Positions 39,168-46,977 of a stretch of 64,000 nt of DNA are shown piece by piece; position 1 is the first letter of the stretch, and the number at the start of each line of letters is the position of its first letter. The notes under the pieces are model-generated. The model worked only from the letters and a program-made list of their open reading frames with translations, was not told where the DNA came from and did no database searches. The stretch comes from Oscillospiraceae bacterium (GTDB taxonomy: Bacteria > Bacillota > Clostridia > Oscillospirales > Oscillospiraceae), in assembly GCA_015068025.1 (NCBI GenBank), contig SVLH01000006.1, forward strand, positions 9,920-73,919. The letters are read 5' to 3'. The position numbers and the translations under genes were made by a program.

Positions 39168-39458
39168 TTATCGGATCCGCTGGATCCCGCGTCTGGGACG
39201 CTGGGGTGCGGGTGCTGTTACGACAGGGGGTTGCTGGGGCAGGCGGGAGCGAATGTCGCCGGCCAGAGCCTCCTGATAGGCGGAGCGAAACTGCTCGGCT
39301 CGCTGATCGGTGTCCCCATCATCCGCGCCGATGAGCAGGGGTGCAAAGGATGCGGGGATGCCCGCTCGCTCCAAAGCCTCTCTGGCGCGATGGGTCTGTT
39401 CCCGCTGATGCTTTTCCAGCCGCAGCGTTTCCAGTTCCTGTTTTTCTTCTTCGGTCAT
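39168..39458 (-). CDS. capsid scaffolding protein (DUF4355-like, short)
   Basis: 'AREALERAGIPASFAPLLIGAD...F...Y...L...I..RL...PP' scaffold pattern; directly after the portal gene. Confidence 0.7.
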   Translation of the reverse strand: MTEEEKQELETLRLEKHQREQTHRAREALERAGIPASFAPLLIGADDGDTDQRAEQFRSAYQEALAGDIRSRLPQQPPVVTAPAPQRPRRGIQRIR

Positions 39459-39500
39459 TGTGGTTCTCCTTTCCTCCGTGTCAATGATGTTGAGCGGCAC

Positions 39501-40757
39501 TTACTGCGCTTGCTGTTCTGCTTCCATGCGCCGCAGTTCTTCCTCGGCGTCCGTCACCCAGGGCAGATGTTCCAGAATGGTGCGTGTGGACAGCACCGGG
39601 GTGAGGGAGAGCAGGGTTCGGGCCATGGCCTCGTGATCCTGGGGCAGATTTTTGTAGAAGGTGGCTTTGCCCTCCGCCAGTCCTGCGCCGCAGCCCAGAA
39701 CGGCCAGGCCGCCGTCCAGCGCGGACAGGAAGGCCGTCAATCCTTCTCTGAAGCTGCGCTCCTTGGCAGCGCGCACCTGCTCGATGCCCCACAGCTTGTA
39801 CTGCAGCGCCACGCCGGAGGCGTTGCCGGCAAAGCCCTCGTCGGAGAGGTCGGGGGTCATGGACAGCTGCAGGATGCTGCGGCGGAGATTGTTTTCCAGC
39901 TGCGCAAGAGCCTCGTGGTTCAGGTTCTTCACCACGAATTCTGCCCTGCCGCCCTCTGCCAGAGAGAGGACGCGGGTGCGGTTGGCGTTGTCGATGTCAC
40001 CCTGGGTCGTCCCCTGCATGCCGTACAGCGCCAGGAAGGCGTTTGCCACGGACTGCATGTCATCCATGGCGCCGGAGAGCAGGAGATTGTAGGCGTCCAC
40101 CAGACCCGTCACCTGCTGGAAGTCGCCGCAGCCCTGACAGTTGTTGGAGAAGGGGATCAGAGGCAGAGTGCGGAGCAGATTTTCCTCCGGGGCGCCCAGA
40201 CGGACATTGGTTCCGTTCCAGACGAAGGGGTACAGGCGATCCGCCTGATACAAAATGCCCCTGGTCTCTCCCTTTTGCCCCTGAAACAGGCGGACGGATC
40301 CCACAAGAGGAGCCCCGGCCGTTCCGGCGCGGATGGAAAAGCAGGAGAGGGGATCGCACCGGCAGGCCTTCAGTCCGCTGCGCTCCAGCCAGACCAGCAG
40401 AAAGCCTGTGCCGCAGATGCTTAAGTCCCGGCCCAGGTCAAAGAGCAGATGCTCCAGCCCCAGCTCGGCGGACAGGGCGGAAAAGACCTGGCCTGTCTCC
40501 GGGCGGTCGAAGGCCATGGTGGGGGGGAGCCCCAGAAAGTATCCGGTGTGCACCTCGGTGATGTAGCGGGGGAAGGGGACGCGGAGCAGGTTGTTGGGCC
40601 GTCCCCGGACGGCCTCGCCTTTTGGAACGGGCTGCTGACCCCGGTAATAGTCAAACAGTCGTTCCCGCTGGGGACGGACGCGTCGGAAGAAGTCGGCAAC
40701 CGCATCCGACAAAACTTCTTCGGTCAGCGTTTCGGCGCAAATATAGTCCTGATTCAA
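39501..40757 (-). CDS. SPP1 gp6-like phage portal protein
   Basis: RLFDYYRG, PNNLL..PFPRYI...TGYFLG.P, SNN.QG.GDF...L.DAYN, PDLSDEGFAGNASGVALQYKL, LPWVTD.EEEL. Confidence 0.93.
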   Translation of the reverse strand: MNQDYICAETLTEEVLSDAVADFFRRVRPQRERLFDYYRGQQPVPKGEAVRGRPNNLLRVPFPRYITEVHTGYFLGLPPTMAFDRPETGQVFSALSAELGLEHLLFDLGRDLSICGTGFLLVWLERSGLKACRCDPLSCFSIRAGTAGAPLVGSVRLFQGQKGETRGILYQADRLYPFVWNGTNVRLGAPEENLLRTLPLIPFSNNCQGCGDFQQVTGLVDAYNLLLSGAMDDMQSVANAFLALYGMQGTTQGDIDNANRTRVLSLAEGGRAEFVVKNLNHEALAQLENNLRRSILQLSMTPDLSDEGFAGNASGVALQYKLWGIEQVRAAKERSFREGLTAFLSALDGGLAVLGCGAGLAEGKATFYKNLPQDHEAMARTLLSLTPVLSTRTILEHLPWVTDAEEELRRMEAEQQAQ

Positions 40758-40784
40758 AAGTCAGACCTCCTTTCGGTTGTTTAC

Positions 40785-40838
40785 AGGGTAATGAAAGGCG
40801 GGAAAGAAAACTTCGGAAGCAGGACAGTAAAACGCGGC
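40785..40838 (-). promoter_or_regulatory. putative activator-dependent promoter of the portal operon (GCCGCGTTTT-N8-GCTTCC-N24-TACCCT)
   Basis: boxes and both spacer lengths match the motif upstream of the capsid gene. Confidence 0.7.
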
Positions 40839-40982
40839 AATTCGCTATTTTTTCAGAAATACTTTCTTTTAACGACCTGATGTGGTATGATTGCACTTGC
40901 ATAAAAATGACCCGTCTGTGTGGAAGTCCCGCGGCGGCGGTGTCAGTAACGGCTGTAAAAGCCTGAAAGGGAAACTTACGAT

Positions 40983-42878
40983 ATGAATCGTTTTCGAAAA
41001 CATCTTCTTTTCCTGTGCGACAGCTTGATCCTGCTTGCTGTCGTGCTGCTGCTGTCCCCCCTTTCCCTCCGGTATGGGTTCACGGACGCTGTGGGACAGG
41101 GACATCTGCCGGAGCATTTTCTGCTGCTCTACGGCTGTACGGTGCTGTTTCAGCTCCTGTTTCACAACTACGACAGTCTTTGGCGCTATGCGGAGAGCCG
41201 GGAATACCTGTTCCTGCTGGTCGCGGCCTTCTGTGGCTTTTTCGTTTATGAAATAGTCAGCCGTTTTGTTCTGGGCGGCGCGATCTCCTTCCTTCTGCTG
41301 TGTGCTGTGGCCGGTATCTGGGTGCTTGGCATGCTGCTGCTGCGCTTTTCTTACCGTGTCTACCGCAGCCGCGTCCTGTTCCGGAGAGATGGCACGAAGA
41401 TCCCGGCGGCCATTGTCGGTGCGGGCGCTGCCGGCGTGCAGCTTCTGGAAGAGCTTCGCAGCAATCCGGACAGTCGTTACGCGGTCCAGTGCTTCTTTGA
41501 CGATGATCCCACCAAGCTCCATAAGCGCATCCGCGGCGTTGAAGTAAAGGGCAGCATTGCCGATGTCCCGGCGCGTCTGCGTGCCATGGATATCCGGGAG
41601 GTGCTGGTGGCCATCCCCTCTGCATCGGAAGGGCGCCGGCACGAGATCCTGCAAACGCTTTCGGAACTGGACAGAGTTCGCATCACCGTTTTGCCCGGCA
41701 CGCTGGATCTCATCGATCAGCAGCCCATTCACGGCCAGCTTCGCGAGATCCGGATCGAGGATCTTCTGGGCCGCCAGCCTGTGCAGCTGGACGATGCGCC
41801 GGTGCGCGGGTATTTGAGCGGAAAAACCGTTATGGTCACAGGCGGAGGCGGCTCCATCGGATCGGAGCTGTGCCGCCAGATCGCCAGACACAACCCGAAG
41901 AAGCTGGTGATCGTGGACATTTATGAAAACAATGCCTACGATATCCAGCAGGAACTGCGGTATGCCTTTGGCGAGGCATTGGATCTGGCGGTGGAGATCG
42001 CATCGGTTCGGGACGCGGACCGTCTGCAGCAGCTGTTTTCACATTACCATCCCCAGGTGGTGTTCCATGCGGCAGCTCACAAGCATGTGCCGCTGATGGA
42101 GCAAAGCCCCCAGGAGGCCGTGCGGAACAATGTATTCGGCACGCTGAATCTGGTGCGGACGGCAAACGAATTCGGCGTGGAAAAATTCATTCAGATCTCC
42201 ACGGACAAGGCGGTCAATCCCACCTCTGTCATGGGTGCCACGAAGCGCCTGTGCGAGATGATCCTGCAATCCATGAAGGGTCGGAGCGATACGACCTTTG
42301 CCGCGGTGCGCTTTGGCAATGTGCTGGGCTCCAACGGCAGCGTTGTCCCGCTGTTCAAGCGGCAGATCGCGGCAGGCGGCCCTATTACCATTACCGATAA
42401 GCGGATCATCCGCTATTTTATGACCATCCCCGAGGCCGCCCAGCTGGTGCTGCACGCCGGCGCCATGGCGCAGCAGAACGAGCTGTATGTGCTGGATATG
42501 GGACGACCGGTGAAGATCCTGAATCTGGCGGAGCACCTGATCCGCCTGTCGGGTCATGTGCCCTACCGCGATATCGACATTGTGGAGACCGGCCTCCGCC
42601 CCGGTGAAAAGCTGTACGAGGAACTGCTGGTAGCCAGTCGAAACATTGAAAAAACGGAAAACGAGCAGATCTTCATTGAGCGGCAGCCGGCCATCACACC
42701 GGAGGAGTTGCAAAGCAAGCTGGCGGTTCTGGAAGCGGCGCTGGAGAAGAACGACCCCTCTGTGATCCGTGCAGCCATCCATCAGGTTGTGCCGTATTTC
42801 TACGAGCCGGAGGAGCTGAATGACCGGCAGGGAAACGAAGTGAAGATCCCCGAACAGGAAGCGGTCGCGGCCCGATAA
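40983..42878 (+). CDS. membrane-bound UDP-GlcNAc 4,6-dehydratase (PglF/CapD/EpsC-like)
   Basis: N-terminal TMs; IEDLLGR, VTGGGGSIGSELCRQ, HAAAHKHVPLME, ISTDKAVNP, VRFGNVLGSNGSV, GLRPGEKLYEEL. Confidence 0.93.
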   Translation: MNRFRKHLLFLCDSLILLAVVLLLSPLSLRYGFTDAVGQGHLPEHFLLLYGCTVLFQLLFHNYDSLWRYAESREYLFLLVAAFCGFFVYEIVSRFVLGGAISFLLLCAVAGIWVLGMLLLRFSYRVYRSRVLFRRDGTKIPAAIVGAGAAGVQLLEELRSNPDSRYAVQCFFDDDPTKLHKRIRGVEVKGSIADVPARLRAMDIREVLVAIPSASEGRRHEILQTLSELDRVRITVLPGTLDLIDQQPIHGQLREIRIEDLLGRQPVQLDDAPVRGYLSGKTVMVTGGGGSIGSELCRQIARHNPKKLVIVDIYENNAYDIQQELRYAFGEALDLAVEIASVRDADRLQQLFSHYHPQVVFHAAAHKHVPLMEQSPQEAVRNNVFGTLNLVRTANEFGVEKFIQISTDKAVNPTSVMGATKRLCEMILQSMKGRSDTTFAAVRFGNVLGSNGSVVPLFKRQIAAGGPITITDKRIIRYFMTIPEAAQLVLHAGAMAQQNELYVLDMGRPVKILNLAEHLIRLSGHVPYRDIDIVETGLRPGEKLYEELLVASRNIEKTENEQIFIERQPAITPEELQSKLAVLEAALEKNDPSVIRAAIHQVVPYFYEPEELNDRQGNEVKIPEQEAVAAR

Positions 42879-42892
42879 ACCACCGAAAACAC

Positions 42893-42935
42893 AAAAAAGC
42901 ACCTCGCACAATTTGTGCGAGGTGCTTCTCGTTTG
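42893..42935. terminator. bidirectional terminator
   Basis: aagcacctcgcaca/tgtgcgaggtgctt hairpin between convergent genes. Confidence 0.8.
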
Positions 42936-42937
42936 TT

Positions 42938-43537
42938 TCAGATGTCCCGTCTGCCTTCCAGCGCCCGCATCAGCGTGGCGTCATCGGCAAATTCCAGATG
43001 ACCGCCCACGGGGATGCCGTAGGCAAGGCGCGTGACACGCACTTCAAAGGGGCGGAGCAGCCGTGCCAGATACATGGCGGTGGCCTCGCCTTCGGTGTCC
43101 GGGTTGGTGGCCATAATGACCTCCTGCACGCCGCCCTTTGCAACACGGTCCAGCAGCGGCTTGATGGCCAGATCGTCCGGCCCCACATGGTTCATGGGGG
43201 AGATCACACCGTGCAGCACATGATAGTGACCGCTGTATTCCCGGCTGCGCTCAATGGCCACCACGTCCCGGGGGTCTGCCACCACGCAGATGGTGGCTGC
43301 ATCCCGCTTGGGGGATGCGCAGATGGGGCACAGGCCGCCTGCGGTAAAGTTCTGGCACACGGGGCAGCAGGTGACGGAGTGTTTGGCATCCAGAATGGCG
43401 GCCGCAAATTCGGCGGCCTCCTCTTCGGGCAGACCCAGCACATGGAAGGCCAGCCGTTGGGCGGACTTGCTTCCGATGCCCGGCAGGCGGGCGAATTGCT
43501 CTACCAGCTTTTCCAGCGGTGCGGGAAAGTATTCCAT
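42938..43537 (-). CDS. recR: recombination mediator RecR
   Basis: LPGIGSKSAQRLA, C4 zinc finger, YHVLHG, ATNPDTEGEATA, TRLAYGIPVG. Confidence 0.97.
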   Translation of the reverse strand: MEYFPAPLEKLVEQFARLPGIGSKSAQRLAFHVLGLPEEEAAEFAAAILDAKHSVTCCPVCQNFTAGGLCPICASPKRDAATICVVADPRDVVAIERSREYSGHYHVLHGVISPMNHVGPDDLAIKPLLDRVAKGGVQEVIMATNPDTEGEATAMYLARLLRPFEVRVTRLAYGIPVGGHLEFADDATLMRALEGRRDI

Positions 43538-43576
43538 AAGCGTGATGCTCCTTTAAGCGTCAGGTATGTCGGGATT

Positions 43577-44221
43577 TCAGCCGCGCAGCAGGGCGATGCG
43601 CTCGGGGATGTTCTCTGCCTTGTATACGGCACTGCCTGCCACCAGCACGTTGGCGCCGGCGTCGATGCAGGTCTTGCAGGTGTCGGGAGCCACGCCGCCG
43701 TCCACTTCCAGCTCGCAGGCGGGGTTCTTTTCGTCGATGAAGGCGCGGATGGCGGAGACCTTGGGCATCATGTCGGCCATGAACTTCTGACCGCCGAAGC
43801 CGGGCTCCACGGTCATGACAAGGATCAGCTCCACCTTCTCGATAAAGGGCAGCACAGCTTCTGCGGGGGTCTTGGGCTTGACCACGATGCCGGCCTTCTT
43901 GCCCTTGGCGTGGATCTTGTCGATGGCAGCGTGGATGTTTTCCTCGGTGTCGGACTCCACATGAACAGTCACCAGATCGGCGCCGGCGTCGCAGAACTGC
44001 TCCACATAGCGCACGGGTTCAACGATCATCAGATGCACATCCAGGAACATATCGGTTACCTTGCGGATGGACTCCACAACGGGGATGCCGATGGAGATGT
44101 TGGGCACGAACACGCCGTCCATCACGTCCACATGGACATAGTCGGCGGCGGCGATGCGGTGGATATCCCGCTCCAGATTGGCAAAATCGGCAGAGAGGAT
44201 GGAAGGAGCGATTTTGATCAT
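43577..44221 (-). CDS. rpe: ribulose-phosphate 3-epimerase
   Basis: IAPSILSADF, HVDVMDGVFVPN, DVHLM, MTVEPGFGGQKF, EVDGG. Confidence 0.97.
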   Translation of the reverse strand: MIKIAPSILSADFANLERDIHRIAAADYVHVDVMDGVFVPNISIGIPVVESIRKVTDMFLDVHLMIVEPVRYVEQFCDAGADLVTVHVESDTEENIHAAIDKIHAKGKKAGIVVKPKTPAEAVLPFIEKVELILVMTVEPGFGGQKFMADMMPKVSAIRAFIDEKNPACELEVDGGVAPDTCKTCIDAGANVLVAGSAVYKAENIPERIALLRG

Positions 44222-44435
44222 AGGAAAGCCCTCTTTCTGTAAGATTTGCGGCGGCAGAACCGGCGCTGGGGGACAGGGCCGGTGTCACGGCAGAACGCGG
44301 CGCATAGGATGGTGCAGGCGGCAGGCGCCCCTGAACCATGTTTCTGCGCAGTGCCTGCCTCTCGGGTGCGGCGCCGCCGCTTTTTTGAATACGGAGCCGG
44401 TGGGGAGAACCTGCCGGCTCTTTTTTGCTGCCATT

Positions 44436-44464
44436 AGTGTACCAAACTCCGGAAGCGAAAGCAA
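44436..44464 (-). promoter_or_regulatory. sigma-A promoter for rpe-recR, implying a ~210 nt leader
   Basis: TTGCTT-17-TACACT with extended TG. Confidence 0.6.
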
Positions 44465-44559
44465 CCAATGACAAAAAATTTTGCTTGTTGCAAAAACAAC
44501 CGAAAGCCGCAGTATATTATGATATTCTAATGCCAACCTAGAAGAAAGGCGGTGAGCTT

Positions 44560-44859
44560 TTGAAAGAGCGCATCGATTATGGGACCCGGGCGGAGCTGCT
44601 CAAAGCGCTGGCGCACCCGGTGCGGCTGCAGATCGTCCACGATCTTCTGGAGAACGGCTGCCGCAATGTGCGCTGTATGGAAGCGCGGGTGGGGATCTCC
44701 CAGTCCTGCATTTCCCAGCATTTGCAGAAACTGCGGCTGGCCGGTGTCGTGTCGGCGGAGCGAAACGGAAACGAGGTATACTACCGTGTGGCCTCGCCCC
44801 GTGTGGCGGCGCTGGTGGACGCATGGATGAGCGAGGAGGCGGATGTGCGTGTCGTATGA
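44560..44859 (+). CDS. ArsR/SmtB family regulator
   Basis: LKALAHPVRLQI, SQSCISQHLQKLR..GVV...RNGNEVYY. Confidence 0.92.
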   Translation: MKERIDYGTRAELLKALAHPVRLQIVHDLLENGCRNVRCMEARVGISQSCISQHLQKLRLAGVVSAERNGNEVYYRVASPRVAALVDAWMSEEADVRVV

Positions 44860-45670
44860 TGTTCTGGTCATCGGCGGCGGCCCTGCGGGGCTGTCCGCGG
44901 CGCTGAATGTACGCGCCAGAGGCCTGCGCGTGCTGGTAGTCTCCAATCCGATGGAGGAGAACCCGCTCTGGAAAGCAGAGCAGGTGGATAATTACATTGG
45001 TCTTCCCGGTGTTTCCGGCGCAGAGCTGCTTCGCACCATGCACCGCCATGCGGAGCGGGCAGGCGCAGAGTTCCGGACAGGAAAAGTCCTCAATGCTATG
45101 CGCATGGAAAATACCTGGTATGTGGGAATCGACAGCGACATGGAAAACGCCTCTGCGCTGGTTCTGGCGGCAGGTGTTTCCCGGGGCAGAAAGTTTCCCG
45201 GCGAGGCGGAATTTCTGGGTCGGGGCGTCAGTTACTGCGCCACCTGCGACGGGATGCTGTATCGCGGGAAGAACGTAGCGGTTCTCGGTTACAGTGACAC
45301 TGCCCGCCACGAAGCGGATTTTTTGCAGAGCATCGGCTGTTCTGTCACATATTTTGACAGACCGCAGGACTGCGAGATCTCCGGCGACTCCGCAGTCACC
45401 TCGCTTACCTGCGGCGGTGAAACGTATGCGGTGGACGGCGTGTTTCTGCTCCGTCCCACCATGGCACCCACAGACATCTTCCCCACGCTGGCATTGGAGG
45501 GCGGCTATGTGACCACGGACCGTGCCATGGCCACCAACCTGCCCGGCCTGTTTGCGGCGGGCGACTGTACCGGCCTTCCGCTGCAGGTGTCCAAGGCCGC
45601 CGGCGAGGGACTGATCGCCGGCCAGAGCGCCGCGAAATGGGTCGTGAAACAAAAAAGAAAGCAAATATAA
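44843..45670 (+). CDS. trxB: thioredoxin reductase-like FAD oxidoreductase
   Basis: IGGGPAG, GRGVSYCATCDG, TNLPGLFAAGDC. Confidence 0.85.
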   Translation: MCVSYDVLVIGGGPAGLSAALNVRARGLRVLVVSNPMEENPLWKAEQVDNYIGLPGVSGAELLRTMHRHAERAGAEFRTGKVLNAMRMENTWYVGIDSDMENASALVLAAGVSRGRKFPGEAEFLGRGVSYCATCDGMLYRGKNVAVLGYSDTARHEADFLQSIGCSVTYFDRPQDCEISGDSAVTSLTCGGETYAVDGVFLLRPTMAPTDIFPTLALEGGYVTTDRAMATNLPGLFAAGDCTGLPLQVSKAAGEGLIAGQSAAKWVVKQKRKQI

Positions 45671-45694
45671 TGTGCATGATAAAGGAGAATGCGT

Positions 45695-46012
45695 ATGGCG
45701 ATCAAGCATTTGAAAACAATGGAATTTAATGCGGCGGTGGACGCCGCCCCTCTGGCAATGGTGGATTTCTGGGCGTCCTGGTGCGGCCCCTGCAAGATGC
45801 TGGCTCCTGCGATGGATGCCCTTGCAGAGCAGTACGAGGGCCGTGTTCTGGTCGGCAAGGTCAACGTGGACGAAGAACCCGAACTGGCCCGTATGTTCGG
45901 TGTGATGAGCATCCCCACGGTGGTGTTCCTGAAAAATGGCCGCGAGTTCGACCGCAAGGTGGGTCTCATGCCCGCCGAGTCCTTCGCGCAGGTACTGGAC
46001 AAAAATCTGTAA
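45695..46012 (+). CDS. trxA: thioredoxin
   Basis: VDFWASWCGPCK, SIPT. Confidence 0.95.
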   Translation: MAIKHLKTMEFNAAVDAAPLAMVDFWASWCGPCKMLAPAMDALAEQYEGRVLVGKVNVDEEPELARMFGVMSIPTVVFLKNGREFDRKVGLMPAESFAQVLDKNL

Positions 46013-46077
46013 GCACATAAAATAGCCGCCTCACATCTGTGGGGCGGCTTTCGTATTGCGGTCTGCGGCCGGACAGG

Positions 46078-46956
46078 TCATTTCTGTTTGCACAGCCTGC
46101 CGCCGAAGTTAAAGAGCAGCACACCGATGAGGATGATGCCGCCGCCCACAAGGGTGGCCTTGTCGGGGACTTCTCCTGCCAGCAAAAAGCCGAGGATGCT
46201 GGTCAGAAAGGGTGTGACGAACATATAGTTGCTCACCTGCGAGGTCTGCTTCGCCTTGGAAAAGGCCTTGGCCCATGCCACAAAGGCGATGGCGCTGGAG
46301 AAGATGCCGAGGACGGCGAGGTAGAGAAACTGGATGGCGGGCGCGCGGACAATCTCCCGTGCGGCAGCGGGGGAGAATACTGCCAGCAGCGCCGTGCCGA
46401 AAAAGATGCTGTATGTGGAGCATTGCAGGGCGGAGTAGGTCTGGGTGAGCTTGCGCTGCAGCAGGTTGTAGATGCCCAGCGCCAGCGCGGCGATCAGCAG
46501 CCAGAACAGGCCGGCGTTGACGGAAAAGGTGCTGTTCATCAGGGTCAAAACGACAACGCCGCAAAATTCGACGACAATGGCGACCCATTGATAGACCCGC
46601 AGCTTCTCGCCATAGAGAAAGCGGGCGAACAGGGCGGTGATGACGGGCGCGGTGGCGATGACCACGCTGGCGGTGGCCGCCGTGACAGCGGCCTGCCCCT
46701 GGTTGAAGGCGACCATGTAGAGGAAGAATCCCACGGCGCCGGAAAGCAGAAACACAGGCAGGTCCTTTTTGCGGGGCGGCCTGATTTTCAGGATGACCGC
46801 CACCACGACCAATGCAAGGGAGGCGGTCAGGTAGCGGAGAAAGCCCAGAGAAAAGGCGGTAAAATATTGCAGCGTCAGCCGCGTTAAGACATAAGCCAGC
46901 GACCAGAAGAGAATGGTCACCATGGCATAGGGGTGAAAACTGTTTTTGATGTTCAT
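46078..46956 (-). CDS. DMT/EamA family transporter
   Basis: two EamA-like repeats of hydrophobic helices; GEKL. Confidence 0.88.
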   Translation of the reverse strand: MNIKNSFHPYAMVTILFWSLAYVLTRLTLQYFTAFSLGFLRYLTASLALVVVAVILKIRPPRKKDLPVFLLSGAVGFFLYMVAFNQGQAAVTAATASVVIATAPVITALFARFLYGEKLRVYQWVAIVVEFCGVVVLTLMNSTFSVNAGLFWLLIAALALGIYNLLQRKLTQTYSALQCSTYSIFFGTALLAVFSPAAAREIVRAPAIQFLYLAVLGIFSSAIAFVAWAKAFSKAKQTSQVSNYMFVTPFLTSILGFLLAGEVPDKATLVGGGIILIGVLLFNFGGRLCKQK

Positions 46957-46977
46957 TGTACCACCTCAAATGATCGG

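Noticed and set aside
9314-40757. Intact inducible prophage carrying a glycan locus as cargo
   Set aside because: No integrase, att repeats, repressor, replication, terminase or lysis genes were seen; the structural gene order is permuted; the glycan genes have their own sigma-A promoters and continue outside the phage blocks (PglF-like gene).
44248-44430. SRP RNA (often near recR) or T-box
   Set aside because: Lacks the SRP helix-8 CAGG/GGAA/AGCAG core and the T-box UGGNACC motif.
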